Positions 49,321 through 58,993 of a stretch of DNA of 64,000 nt are shown here, piece by piece. The notes under the pieces were generated by a model. That model was given only the letters and a program-made list of their open reading frames with translations. It was not told where the DNA came from and ran no database searches. Source of the stretch: an uncultured Gemmatimonadales bacterium (lineage in GTDB: Bacteria > Gemmatimonadota > Gemmatimonadetes > Longimicrobiales > RSA9); the NCBI GenBank assembly GCA_963798845.1, contig CAWCUS010000003.1, positions 32,001-96,000 on the forward strand, given 5' to 3'. The translations under genes and the position numbers were made by a program. The number at the start of each line of letters is the position of its first letter. Position 1 is the stretch's first letter.

Positions 49321-50403
49321 TCAGTTCGCCGAGAGCCAGTTGCTGGTGGCGGTGAGGAGGTCCTCCACCCAGTGCGGGTTGTGCACGCCCAGGCTCCGGT
49401 CCTCCATGATCATGTTGTAGTTGAGGAACGCCTTCACCAGGTCCGTATCGTACGTCCCCGGGACCGGCTCCCCCCCTTCATCCACGATCCCGTGGTCCTC
49501 CAGCTTCCCGGCCACGGTCGCGAGCAGCCCGGCGATCTTGTCCTGCAGGCCGAACTCGCCGCTCGGCGTGCCGGAGTGGCAGGCGTTGCAGCGCCCGTCG
49601 TTGAGGACATCCCCGTTGTCCAGCGTCACCCGCCACGTGTGGCCGCCCGCCTGCACGTCCACCGCGTCCTGCATGTGACAGCCCACGCACCCGAACTGCG
49701 TGTGCGCGTCGAAATCCGTCTGCGCCGGCATGCTCACCCCCGGCAGATCGAATGCGCCCATCCCCGACATCACGTTGGACTGCGGACCGTGGTGCACGCC
49801 GAAGCGATTGCTGGTGATCGTGAACGTCTCACCCGAGATGTTCCCGGGATTGCGCGCCTGATGGCAGTGCGCGCACAGGTTCGCGCCCGGAAAGGCGAGG
49901 CTGTCCAGCGAAGCGTTCGGGGTCGCCAGATCACTCATGGCGAACGTGCCGCCCACGATCAGGTCCACCGGCTGCGCCGTCGTGAACGACCAGTCCGCAT
50001 CCGTGTACGTCTCGTGGATGTTGTGGCACGTCCGGCAGCCGATCCGCGTCAGCAGGTGGATCTCGTCCGCCTGCAGCGTGTCCTGGATCGGCTCCTCGTT
50101 CACCGCGACGAAGCCGTTGTGCGTGTGACACGTGTTGCACGGCGCGTCGTCCCGCAGCCATGTCGTCCCGGAGCCGTGCGCCGACGTCTGGTACTGCACC
50201 TCACGCCCCACGATCGTCACGTCCGACGTGTGGCAGTCCGAGCACGTGTTGAGCGCGTTCTGCCCCGCGGGTCCCTGCGGCCCCTGGGGACCCTGCGGGC
50301 CCGCGGCTCCCTGTGGGCCGGCCGGGCCCTCCGGCCCCTCGCATGCAGCAAGCCCGAACAGGAGCAACACCGATCCGAGCAGGAGAGGGAGTTTCTGCCG
50401 CAT
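49321..50403 (-). CDS. Hexaheme cytochrome c lipoprotein with a collagen-like linker (copy 1)
   Basis: Lipobox GLAAC; Gly-X-Y tract; CSDCH, CNTCH, CRTCH, CAHCH, CVGCH and CNACH; C-terminal EDRSLGVHN. Confidence 0.93.
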   Translation of the reverse strand: MRQKLPLLLGSVLLLFGLAACEGPEGPAGPQGAAGPQGPQGPQGPAGQNALNTCSDCHTSDVTIVGREVQYQTSAHGSGTTWLRDDAPCNTCHTHNGFVAVNEEPIQDTLQADEIHLLTRIGCRTCHNIHETYTDADWSFTTAQPVDLIVGGTFAMSDLATPNASLDSLAFPGANLCAHCHQARNPGNISGETFTITSNRFGVHHGPQSNVMSGMGAFDLPGVSMPAQTDFDAHTQFGCVGCHMQDAVDVQAGGHTWRVTLDNGDVLNDGRCNACHSGTPSGEFGLQDKIAGLLATVAGKLEDHGIVDEGGEPVPGTYDTDLVKAFLNYNMIMEDRSLGVHNPHWVEDLLTATSNWLSAN

Positions 50404-50564
50404 GGGTTCAGCTTCCTTTCGCTGGTGGTCCTATCCCGCGCTGCGGGCGGCTCCGGGGCGGCCGACGCTCCACCCCCACCGCCGCCGTGGAGGTGTCCGG
50501 TCGACCGGATTTCGCAGGATGCAGGTACCGAGCCGCTGGTCCAAACACACGTGCCCCCGCATGA

Positions 50565-50600
50565 CGAAGCGCCGCACCCCGGGAGGGGCACGGCGCTTCG
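50565..50600. terminator. Intergenic hairpin between the two cytochrome genes
   Basis: CGAAGCGCCG...CGGCGCTTCG, a 10-bp perfect outer stem about 30 nt after the stop of copy 2. Confidence 0.55.
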
Positions 50601-50630
50601 CTCCTGCTGACCTTCGGGTCGGGAGACCCG

Positions 50631-51707
50631 TCAGTTCGCCTTCAGCCAGTTCAGCGTGGCCGTCAGCACGTCCTCGGCCCAGTGCGGGTTGTGCACGCCC
50701 AGGCTGCGGTCCTCGAGGATCATGTCGTAGTTCAGGAACGCCTTGACCAGCGGCGTGGCATAGGTGCCCGGAACCGGCGAGCCGGCCGCGCTCAGGATCC
50801 CCTTCTCCACCAGCTGCGCCGCGACGGCGTCGAGCTTCTGCTGGATCTTTTCCTGGAACCCGAACTCGCCCGACGGCGAACCCGAGTGGCAGCCATTGCA
50901 GCGGCCGTCGTTCAGGACCTCGCCGTCATCCAGCGCGACGCGCCACGTGTGGCCTCCCGCCTCCTGACCAACCGCGTCCTGCATGTGGCAGCCCACGCAC
51001 CCGAAGGCCGTGTGGCCATCGAAGTCCACCGACGCCGGCATCGGCGCGCCCGGCAGGTCGTACGCCCCCTGCCCCGACAGCACGTTCGACTGCGGCCCGT
51101 GATGCATCCCGAAGTGCGTGCTCGTCACGCGGAACGTCTCCCCCGACAGGTCGCCCGGGTCCCGCGCCTGATGGCAGTGCGCGCACAGGTTCGCACCCGC
51201 GAAGTCGCCCACCGCCGCGTTCGGCGACGCGTTCAGCGCGTTGATGTCGAACGTGCCCCCCACGATCAGGTCGACCGGCTCCGTCGTGGTCAGCGCCCAG
51301 TCCGCGTCCGTGTACGTCTCGTGCACGTTGTGGCAGGTCCGGCAGTTGATCCGGGTCAGCAGATGGATCTCGTCGCCAGCCAGCGTGTCCGGGTTCGCCG
51401 CGTTCGCCGCAATGAACCCGTTGTGCGTATGGCACGTGTTGCACGGCGCATCGTAGCGCTCCCACGTGTCACCCGCGCCGTGCGCCGACGTCTCGTACTG
51501 CGCTTCCCGCGCCACGATCGTTACGTCCGACGTATGACAGTCCGAACACGTGTTCAGCGCGTCCTGCCCCGCCGGCCCCTGCGGCCCCTGCGGCCCCGTG
51601 GCGCCCTGCGTGCCACCAGGTCCCGCAGGACCCGCAGGCCCTTCACAGGCCGCCATGCCCAGAGCCAGGAACATGGCTCCGAGCAGGAGAGGTAGCTTCT
51701 TTGTCAT
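50631..51707 (-). CDS. Hexaheme cytochrome c lipoprotein with a collagen-like linker (copy 2)
   Basis: Start MTKKLPLLL; lipobox GMAAC; Gly-X-Y tract; CSDCH, CNTCH, CRTCH, CAHCH, CVGCH and CNGCH; EDRSLGVHN. Confidence 0.93.
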   Translation of the reverse strand: MTKKLPLLLGAMFLALGMAACEGPAGPAGPGGTQGATGPQGPQGPAGQDALNTCSDCHTSDVTIVAREAQYETSAHGAGDTWERYDAPCNTCHTHNGFIAANAANPDTLAGDEIHLLTRINCRTCHNVHETYTDADWALTTTEPVDLIVGGTFDINALNASPNAAVGDFAGANLCAHCHQARDPGDLSGETFRVTSTHFGMHHGPQSNVLSGQGAYDLPGAPMPASVDFDGHTAFGCVGCHMQDAVGQEAGGHTWRVALDDGEVLNDGRCNGCHSGSPSGEFGFQEKIQQKLDAVAAQLVEKGILSAAGSPVPGTYATPLVKAFLNYDMILEDRSLGVHNPHWAEDVLTATLNWLKAN

Positions 51708-52085
51708 TGATCTCGTCTCCCTGTCGGGTAGTCGAAGAAATGATGCTGAGTCCTTCACCTTCCCTGCCCCCCTGCCGTGGCCCGCTCCCGCATCCATCAC
51801 CTTCGACTTACCGAAGGGTAGGAGGCACGGACCCCCCCGTCGCATCGCTACGCGGCGGCGTGCTCACACCCCAGGGCTCAGGGACGTTCGAATTATCGGC
51901 CCGGTTCCAGCACCACGCTATCCGGAAACCCGTGGAAACTGCCTTGGGAATTTTCCCTACAAACGGCAGCCCTCAGACAGCGGGGCAAAGTCCCACTCGC
52001 CGGTCGGGGTCTCCTCACGCACGCGCCCGCGCGCAAAAGCATTGGCGGAAACGTGCACCGGTGGGAGAGGGCGCGCGGCCGGGGG

Positions 52086-52838
52086 TCAGTAGACGGTCCA
52101 GGTCAGTCCGGCCAGCAGCATGACGTCGTGCTGCTGCTTGCCCCAGTAGTTGCTGATGGCATCGCGGACGAGGAGGTCGACGCCGATTCCGGAGAGATGG
52201 AAGGTGAGGCCGGCTCCGACGTTCCCTGTGAGGACGGTTCCGCTTTGTGGCAGCACCATCTCGCCCTCGTACCGGTCGATCTCGCTGTTGTCGAACGCGT
52301 ACCGCTTTCCGCCGATCCCGGCAGTGACGTACGGCTGGATGCCGAGGGGCAGCCGGAACGCGGTAGGCAGGCCGATGTCGAAGCTGCCGGTTGTGATGCT
52401 CGTGGCGACGCGGAAGGGAGTGCGCTCGACGCGGGCCGGTCCGGCGGTGCTGGCGGGGATGAGCACGGCATAGGTGACGGCCGTCTCGTCGCCCAGCGTC
52501 GTGAGAAACTCGCCGCGCAGCCAGAGCCGGCTTCCGGTGGGCTCCACCTCGGCCGTCACGCCTACGAGCGGCGCCTGGAGCACGGCGGCTTCGGTCCACT
52601 CCATTGGGTCGGTGCCGAAATGCGGGAACTCCTCGTAGAACCAGTCCGCCGGCGTCAGGAGGCCAGCGCGGGGTGTCACCCTGACCTTCACGAAGTGCTG
52701 CGCCGTCGCGGAGCCGGGCAGGAGCACGGCCACGGCGACCAGCGCCAGCGCCAGCGCGGTGCCGCAGCGGTGCTGCTGCCGTGCCGGCCTCTCCGTCGGT
52801 CCGTTCCGCCGCCCGCATCGGGTCATGGGCTTCTTCAC
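52086..52838 (-). CDS. Probable small outer-membrane beta-barrel protein
   Basis: Signal peptide ending ATAQ; PYVTAGIG, GNVGAGLTF and the C-terminal aromatic strand LLAGLTWTVY. Start uncertain. Confidence 0.72.
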   Translation of the reverse strand: MKKPMTRCGRRNGPTERPARQQHRCGTALALALVAVAVLLPGSATAQHFVKVRVTPRAGLLTPADWFYEEFPHFGTDPMEWTEAAVLQAPLVGVTAEVEPTGSRLWLRGEFLTTLGDETAVTYAVLIPASTAGPARVERTPFRVATSITTGSFDIGLPTAFRLPLGIQPYVTAGIGGKRYAFDNSEIDRYEGEMVLPQSGTVLTGNVGAGLTFHLSGIGVDLLVRDAISNYWGKQQHDVMLLAGLTWTVY

Positions 52839-53109
52839 GTCGTGTGGTACCTGGGGCCCCGAAGAATGACTGCGCCCGGCCCCGCCAACAAGCCGTCCCC
52901 CGCCGATCGCGGGAGTTTCCCCACCGGTACGTCGGTTTCTCCGTAACGTTCCGGCCGTCCGCTTCCGGGTTCTCCCCTATCTCCGGAGCGCCAAACGGGT
53001 GATAGTATCCGTGAGAAGTGCCCGATCGCGTCCGCTGCCGGGTTGAGCGGAGCCGATGAGCGCGGTTGGCGGACGGGCGATGAGCGAGGGGCGATACGCG
53101 GGAGCGGCG

Positions 53110-53532
53110 ATGATCGACGCCAGGGGAGTCAACCACATTGGGATCGCGGTCCGATCACTGGAAGCGCAGCGGCCCTACTACGAGGAGGTGCTCGGGGCCA
53201 CGTACGAGGGGGAGGAGGAGGTGGCGAGCCAGAAGGTGCGGGTGGCGTTCTACCGCCTCGGGCCCGAAGAGTCTCCCGTCCTGCTGGAGCTTCTGGAGCC
53301 CACGTCGCCGGACTCGCCCGTGGCGCGTTTCCTGGAGAAGCGTGGAGAGAGCGTGCACCACGTGGCATACACGGTTGTGGATCTCGACGCGCGGCTGGCG
53401 TCGCTGGCGGCGCGGGGGATTGCGTTGATCGATGAGCATCCTCGTGACGGCGCGCACGGCAACCGGATCGCCTTTCTCCACCCGAAGAGCACGGGCGGTG
53501 TGCTGACCGAGCTCTGCGAGCCGAAGGCCTAG
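53110..53532 (+). CDS. mce: Methylmalonyl-CoA epimerase
   Basis: NHIGIAV, LELLEP, HHVAY and IAFLHPKSTGGVLTELCE. Confidence 0.95.
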   Translation: MIDARGVNHIGIAVRSLEAQRPYYEEVLGATYEGEEEVASQKVRVAFYRLGPEESPVLLELLEPTSPDSPVARFLEKRGESVHHVAYTVVDLDARLASLAARGIALIDEHPRDGAHGNRIAFLHPKSTGGVLTELCEPKA

Positions 53533-53573
53533 CACCGGATGACGACCCCGACGACGAAGCGAGTGTAGCCGCC

Positions 53574-55103
53574 ATGTCACCCAGCCTGCCATTCCCGGTC
53601 CTCACTGCCGAGGAAGCCGCCGAGATGATCCAGCACGGCATGACCGTCGGCTTCTCCGGATTCACACCCGCCGGGGCCGCCAAGGCGGTGCCCACCGCAC
53701 TCGCGCAGCGCGCCCGGCGGCTGCACGGGATTGGCGAGCCGTTCCGGCTGCGCATCCTCACGGGTGCGTCCACCGGCCCGGCGTTCGACGACGCGCTTGC
53801 GGACGCAGATGCCGTGGCGTGGCGGGCGCCGTACCAGTCCTCGCGTCCCCTGCGCCAGCGCATCAACAGCCAGGAGACGCAGTTCGTGGACATGCACCTG
53901 TCGCATGTGCCGCAGATGCTCGAGTTCGGTTTCTTCGGCCAGCTCGACTTCGCCGTCATCGAGGCGACGGAGGTCACGCGCGACGGTCGCGTCTACCTCA
54001 CCACTTCCGTCGGGGCCTCGCCGACGCTCCTCAAGCACGCCGGGCGGGTCATCATCGAGATCAACCGCCACGCCTCGCCCCGGCTCGGTGAGATGCACGA
54101 CATTGGAGTGGTTCCGCCTCCGCCGCACCGGAACCCGATCCCGATCTTCCACCCCATGTCCCGCATGGGCGTGCCGTACGCGGCCGTGGACCCGCGCCGG
54201 ATCGTCGGCGTGGTCCACACCGACGCGCCGGACGGCGTGGCCCCGTTCGAGGAGCCGGACGAGACGAGCCGCAGGATCGCCGATCACGTCGTCTCGTTCC
54301 TCCTCGGTGAGCTGCGGGCGGGCCGGATTCCGGACGAGTTCCTCCCGGTGCAGGCCGGCGTCGGCAACATCTCCAACGCGGTGATGGCGAACCTGGGCCT
54401 CAGCCCGGTGCCGCCGTTCTACATGTACACCGAGGTCATCCAGGACGCCCTGATCGACCTGATGACGGAAGGACGCCTGCTGGGCGCGTCGACGTGCGCG
54501 CTCACGCTCTCAGACGACACCATGGACCGCGTCTACGAGGCCATGGACTTCTTCTCGCCCCGCATGGTCCTGCGACCCCAGGAGCTGTCGAACAACCCCG
54601 GGATCATCCGACGTCTGGGCGTGATCGCCATCAACACGGCGCTCGAAGCGGACATCTACGGCAACGTCAACTCGACCCACCTGCTCGGGACACAGTTGAT
54701 GAACGGGATCGGCGGCTCCGGCGACTTCGTCCGCAACGCGTACCTGAGCGTGATGGTCTGCCCCAGCACGGCGAAGGGCGGCACGATCTCGACCATCGTG
54801 CCCATGGTGACCCACGTGGACCACAACGAGCACTCCCTCCAGGTGCTCGTGACCGAGCAGGGCCTCGCGGATCTCCGAGGCAAGGGCCCCCTGGAGCGGG
54901 CGCGCACCATCATCGACCAGTGCGCCCACCCCGGCTATCGCGATTACCTGCACGACTACATCGACAGCGCGCCCATGGGCCACATCCGGCACGACCTCTC
55001 GCGCTGCTTCGAGCTGCACCGCAACCTGGCCGAGCACGGCGCCATGCTCCCGAAGCCGAGCGCTTTCGGACCCGCCGTGCCCAACCCGAACCCACGCTCC
55101 TGA
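53574..55103 (+). CDS. Succinate CoA-transferase (acetyl-CoA hydrolase/transferase family; propionyl-CoA:succinate CoA transferase-like)
   Basis: GFSGFTPAG, DMHLS, QAGVGNI, YTEVIQD, MNGIGGSGDF.RNA and VTEQGLADLRG. Confidence 0.92.
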   Translation: MSPSLPFPVLTAEEAAEMIQHGMTVGFSGFTPAGAAKAVPTALAQRARRLHGIGEPFRLRILTGASTGPAFDDALADADAVAWRAPYQSSRPLRQRINSQETQFVDMHLSHVPQMLEFGFFGQLDFAVIEATEVTRDGRVYLTTSVGASPTLLKHAGRVIIEINRHASPRLGEMHDIGVVPPPPHRNPIPIFHPMSRMGVPYAAVDPRRIVGVVHTDAPDGVAPFEEPDETSRRIADHVVSFLLGELRAGRIPDEFLPVQAGVGNISNAVMANLGLSPVPPFYMYTEVIQDALIDLMTEGRLLGASTCALTLSDDTMDRVYEAMDFFSPRMVLRPQELSNNPGIIRRLGVIAINTALEADIYGNVNSTHLLGTQLMNGIGGSGDFVRNAYLSVMVCPSTAKGGTISTIVPMVTHVDHNEHSLQVLVTEQGLADLRGKGPLERARTIIDQCAHPGYRDYLHDYIDSAPMGHIRHDLSRCFELHRNLAEHGAMLPKPSAFGPAVPNPNPRS

Positions 55104-55104
55104 G

Positions 55105-55392
55105 ATGATCGTCAGAGTGATCCTGCTGCGGCATGTGTCGCCGGAGAAGGCGGACGAAGTCAAGCCGCTCCTCCTGGAGATGCGCGCCCTCGCCCTCGCC
55201 CAGCCCGGCTATATCTCCGGGGAGACGCTCATGAACGCGGACGACCCGGAAGAATACCTGGTCATCAGCACGTGGGCCGACATCGACCACTGGAAGACCT
55301 GGCTGAAGAACCCGGAGCGGATCATGGTCCAGCGCCAGATCGACGGTCTGCTCGGACGGGAGACGCTCTACCAGGTCTACTACAACGCATAG
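55105..55392 (+). CDS. Antibiotic-biosynthesis-monooxygenase (ABM)-fold small protein
   Basis: [10 protein letters not shown]...YLVISTW...W; starts 2 nt after the upstream stop. Confidence 0.82.
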   Translation: MIVRVILLRHVSPEKADEVKPLLLEMRALALAQPGYISGETLMNADDPEEYLVISTWADIDHWKTWLKNPERIMVQRQIDGLLGRETLYQVYYNA

Positions 55393-55408
55393 AGAGCGGG
55401 ACGGGACG

Positions 55409-56965
55409 ATGGACACCATGGAACGGCGGATCGACGACCTCCTCGAGCGACGCCGGGCCGCGCTGGCGGGCGGCGGCGAGGAACGCGTCGCCCGGCACCA
55501 CGCCCGCGGTCGGCTCACGGCCCGCGAGCGCCTGGCGCTCCTCCTGGACGAGGGCTCCTTCGAGGAGTTCGACATGCTGAAGGAGCACCGCTGCACCAAC
55601 TTCGGCATGGACGCGCAGACCGTCCCGGGCGATGGCGTGGTCACCGGATACGGCACCATCGACGGTCGTCTGGTCTACGTCTACGCCTTCGATGCCACCG
55701 TTTTCGGCGGGTCGCTTTCTGAGACCGTGGCCGAGAAGATCTGCAAGGTGATGGATTTCGCCGAGCACAACGGCGCTCCGCTCATCGGGCTCAACGACTC
55801 TGGCGGCGCCCGCATCCAGGAAGGGATCGAGAGCCTGGCCGGGTACACCGACATCTTCCTCCGCAACGTCATGCTCTCCGGCGTGGTCCCCCAGCTCTCG
55901 GGCGTATTCGGCGCGTGCGCCGGTGGCGCCGTCTACTCTCCCGCCCTCACCGATTTCACAGTGATGGTGGAGGGCGGCTCATACATGTTCCTCACGGGTC
56001 CCAAGGTCGTGAAGATGGTGACCCACGAGGACGTGGACGAGGAGACGCTGGGCGGAGCCGCCGTCCACACCGGGCGAAGCGGCGTGGCACACCTCGCCGC
56101 GCCGTCGGAAGCGGAAGCGCTGCAGCTACTCCGCACCCTGCTCTCGTTCATGCCCTCGAACAACCTGGGCACGCCGCCTCGCCGCGACCCCTCGGACCCG
56201 CCGGACCGGGAGGTGCCGGAGCTGAACGCCGCGCTGCCGGCGGACGCGGACAAGCCCTACGACATGAAGGAGGTCATCCGCGCCACCGTGGACGACGGCG
56301 AGCTTCTGGAGGTCCAGCCGAGCTTCGGCGCCAGCCTCGTCGTCGGCTTCGCTCGCTACGCCGGGATGCCCGTGGGCGTGGTCGCCAACCAGCCCGCGCA
56401 CCTTGCCGGTGTGCTGGACAACGACGCGTCCGTCAAGGGCGCCCGTTTCGTCCGCTTCTGCGATTGCTTCAACCTACCCGTGGTCACGTTCGTGGACGTG
56501 CCGGGCTTCATGCCGGGAACCGTGCAGGAGTACGGCGGGATCATTCGAAATGGGGCCAAGCTCCTGTACGCCTACGCCGAGGCGACCATTCCCAAGGTGA
56601 CCATCACCACCCGCAAGGCGTATGGCGGCGCGTATTGCGTCATGAGCTCCAAACACCTCCGGGGCGACCTCAACTACGCCTGGCCGAGCGCCGAGATCGC
56701 CGTCATGGGGGCTCGCGGCGCCGTCGGCATCCTCTACGCCCGCGAGATCCGGGACGCGGGAGAAGCGGGCGGCGCGGTGACCGCGGACAGGGAGGCCGAG
56801 TACGCCACCCGCTTCCAGAACCCGTACGAAGCTGCCAGGCGCGGCTATGTGGACGCGGTCATCCGCCCCGCCCAGACGCGCGTGCGGATCTGCAAGGCGC
56901 TTCGGATGCTCGAGAACAAGCAGGCCAGCAACCTGCCGAAGAAGCACGGCAACATCCCGCTCTGA
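55409..56965 (+). CDS. mmdA: Acyl-CoA carboxyltransferase (methylmalonyl-CoA decarboxylase alpha / PccB-like)
   Basis: [36 protein letters not shown] and KKHGNIPL; operon context. Confidence 0.88.
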   Translation: MDTMERRIDDLLERRRAALAGGGEERVARHHARGRLTARERLALLLDEGSFEEFDMLKEHRCTNFGMDAQTVPGDGVVTGYGTIDGRLVYVYAFDATVFGGSLSETVAEKICKVMDFAEHNGAPLIGLNDSGGARIQEGIESLAGYTDIFLRNVMLSGVVPQLSGVFGACAGGAVYSPALTDFTVMVEGGSYMFLTGPKVVKMVTHEDVDEETLGGAAVHTGRSGVAHLAAPSEAEALQLLRTLLSFMPSNNLGTPPRRDPSDPPDREVPELNAALPADADKPYDMKEVIRATVDDGELLEVQPSFGASLVVGFARYAGMPVGVVANQPAHLAGVLDNDASVKGARFVRFCDCFNLPVVTFVDVPGFMPGTVQEYGGIIRNGAKLLYAYAEATIPKVTITTRKAYGGAYCVMSSKHLRGDLNYAWPSAEIAVMGARGAVGILYAREIRDAGEAGGAVTADREAEYATRFQNPYEAARRGYVDAVIRPAQTRVRICKALRMLENKQASNLPKKHGNIPL

Positions 56966-56976
56966 GGACATGGGCC

Positions 56977-57387
56977 ATGGGGTTCGACAACGTGGTGGCC
57001 GGGAACGGCGTTTCAATGGCGCTCATCGGCATGGCCATCGTATTCGCCGGCCTCGTCCTCGTCAGCGCCTTCCTGGCCGTCATCCCCAGGCTCCTCGACC
57101 GCGGCGAGACCCGCGTCCGGGACATGGCCCGTCGCGGCGCCGCCTGGCGCGCCGAGCACGCGCGCTCTACCGCAGGTACGGCGGGCGCCCGCATGGGCGG
57201 CGAGCAGGCGGTGGCCGGGATGGAGGCCCTGTCGCCGGAGGCCCGCGTCGCCGTCGCCTACGTCCTCCAGGCCGAGCGGGAACGAGAGCTTTCAATGGAC
57301 AGACAGCAGATCACGCAACGAGACGGCCAGGAGCAGCGCGTCTGGACCGCGATCGGGAAGATGCGCACCCTTGCAACACGGCTTTGA
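56977..57387 (+). CDS. OadG/MmdD-type membrane subunit of a Na+-translocating decarboxylase
   Basis: Single N-terminal TM (GMAIVFAGLVLV) and C-terminal WTAIGK; lies between the alpha subunit and the biotin carrier. Confidence 0.78.
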   Translation: MGFDNVVAGNGVSMALIGMAIVFAGLVLVSAFLAVIPRLLDRGETRVRDMARRGAAWRAEHARSTAGTAGARMGGEQAVAGMEALSPEARVAVAYVLQAERERELSMDRQQITQRDGQEQRVWTAIGKMRTLATRL

Positions 57388-57391
57388 CCGC

Positions 57392-57841
57392 ATGCGCCGC
57401 TACGAGCTCGATATCAACGGAAACCACGTCACCGTCGCCGTACTCTCGTTTTCGGCCACGGCGGCCGAGATCGAATTGGACGGCACCCGCTATACGGTCC
57501 GCGTGGACGACGTGGTCACGGATGGCGAGCACCCGTTCCCCTCAGCGACCGCCCGCTCCTTCACGCAGCCGGCGCCCGACCCGCCGCTGCCCGCGCGAGC
57601 GCCGCGTCCCGCCGGAGTCGGTACCGACCCCGGCAGCGTCGTCGCGCCGATCCCCGGGCAGATCCTCGAGATCCTGGTCCGGGAGGGGGACCAGGTCCGC
57701 AAAGGACAGCCGCTCCTGAAGATGGAAGCGATGAAGATGGAGAACCTGGTGAACGCCCCGGTACCCGGCACCGTCGCCCATATCCGGTGCAATCCGGGCG
57801 ATGCAGTGGGCCAGGGCCAGGAGCTGATGGTCATCGGCTGA
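57392..57841 (+). CDS. mmdC: Biotin carboxyl carrier subunit
   Basis: EAMKM biotinylation motif after a Pro/Ala-rich linker. Confidence 0.88.
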   Translation: MRRYELDINGNHVTVAVLSFSATAAEIELDGTRYTVRVDDVVTDGEHPFPSATARSFTQPAPDPPLPARAPRPAGVGTDPGSVVAPIPGQILEILVREGDQVRKGQPLLKMEAMKMENLVNAPVPGTVAHIRCNPGDAVGQGQELMVIG

Positions 57842-57844
57842 GCC

Positions 57845-58972
57845 ATGGACACCTTCGACCAGTTCCTGGCGCAGAGCGGCTTCGCCAACCTGACCGCCGG
57901 CAACCTGCTGATGATCGCCATCGGCTGCCTCTTCATCGGGCTGGCCGTGGTGAAGCACTACGAGCCGCTGCTCCTGCTGCCCATCGGGTTCGGCATCATG
58001 GTCGGCAACCTCGCCGTCGCCCCCGGGATGAACCTGGGCGTCTACGACCGCGGCAGCGTCCTCTACTACCTCTACTTCGGCGTCACCCAGGGGATCTACC
58101 CGCCCCTCATCTTCCTGGGCATCGGCGCCATGACCGACTTCTCGACGCTCCTTTCCAATCCCAAGCTCGTGCTCCTCGGCGCCGCCGCACAGATCGGCAT
58201 TTTCGCCACCCTCATCGGCGCGCTCTACCTCGGCTTCACCCCCGCCGAGGCCGGCGCCATCGGGATCATCGGCGGCGCCGACGGCCCGACCGCCATCTTC
58301 CTCTCGGCCAAGCTCGCGCCCCACCTCCTCGGCTCGATCGCCATCGCCGCCTACTCCTACATGGCCCTCGTCCCCGTCATCCAGCCGCCGATCATGAAGC
58401 TCCTGACCACCCGGAAGGAGCGGCTCATCCGCATGCGCGCCCCGCGTCGTGTCTCCCGGCGCGAGAAAGTCATCTTTCCCATCGGGACGCTCATCATCTG
58501 CGCCCTCATCGCCCCCGGCTCCCTCATCCTGATCGGCATGCTCATGTTCGGGAACCTGCTGAAGGAGAGCGGCGTCACCGAGAGGCTTGCCCAGACAGCC
58601 CGCACCTCGATGATCGACATCGTGACGATCCTCCTCGGCTTCTGCGTCGGCGCCAGCACCCAGGCCCAGACGTTCCTCACCACCCAGTCCCTCGGCATCT
58701 TCGCCCTCGGCGCCGCCTCCTTCGCCGTCGCCACCGCCGGCGGCGTCCTCGGCGCCAAGGCCATGAACCTCTTCCTGAAGGAGAAGATCAACCCGCTGGT
58801 CGGCGCCGCGGGCGTTTCAGCCGTGCCCGACTCCGCCCGCGTCGTCCAGATCATCGGGCAGCAGGAAGACCCCAACAACTTCCTCCTCATGCACGCCATG
58901 GCCCCCAACGTCGCCGGCGTCATCGGCTCCGCTATCGCCGCAGGCGTCCTCTGGAGCGTCCTGGTCAGCTGA
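57845..58972 (+). CDS. mmdB: Na+-translocating decarboxylase beta subunit (OadB/MmdB)
   Basis: YEPLLLLPIGFG, GAMTDF, IIGGADGPT, AYSYMAL, GVSAVP and MHAMAPNVAGVIGS. Confidence 0.95.
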   Translation: MDTFDQFLAQSGFANLTAGNLLMIAIGCLFIGLAVVKHYEPLLLLPIGFGIMVGNLAVAPGMNLGVYDRGSVLYYLYFGVTQGIYPPLIFLGIGAMTDFSTLLSNPKLVLLGAAAQIGIFATLIGALYLGFTPAEAGAIGIIGGADGPTAIFLSAKLAPHLLGSIAIAAYSYMALVPVIQPPIMKLLTTRKERLIRMRAPRRVSRREKVIFPIGTLIICALIAPGSLILIGMLMFGNLLKESGVTERLAQTARTSMIDIVTILLGFCVGASTQAQTFLTTQSLGIFALGAASFAVATAGGVLGAKAMNLFLKEKINPLVGAAGVSAVPDSARVVQIIGQQEDPNNFLLMHAMAPNVAGVIGSAIAAGVLWSVLVS

Positions 58973-58993
58973 CCCCCCCCGGAGCCAGCCCCT

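Noticed and set aside
49321..51707. Canonical NrfA nitrite reductase
   Set aside because: Six CxxCH motifs, no CxxCK, shorter length and no nrfH or nrfBCD. Only the C-terminal motif is reminiscent.
51960..52050. c-di-GMP-I riboswitch (GGGGCAAAG...GCAAAAGC)
   Set aside because: It is on the wrong strand for the cytochrome genes and lacks the GAAA tetraloop and receptor arrangement.
55409..56965. ATP-dependent propionyl-CoA carboxylase
   Set aside because: No biotin carboxylase is present in the operon, and the OadG/OadB-type membrane subunits point to a Na+-pumping decarboxylase.
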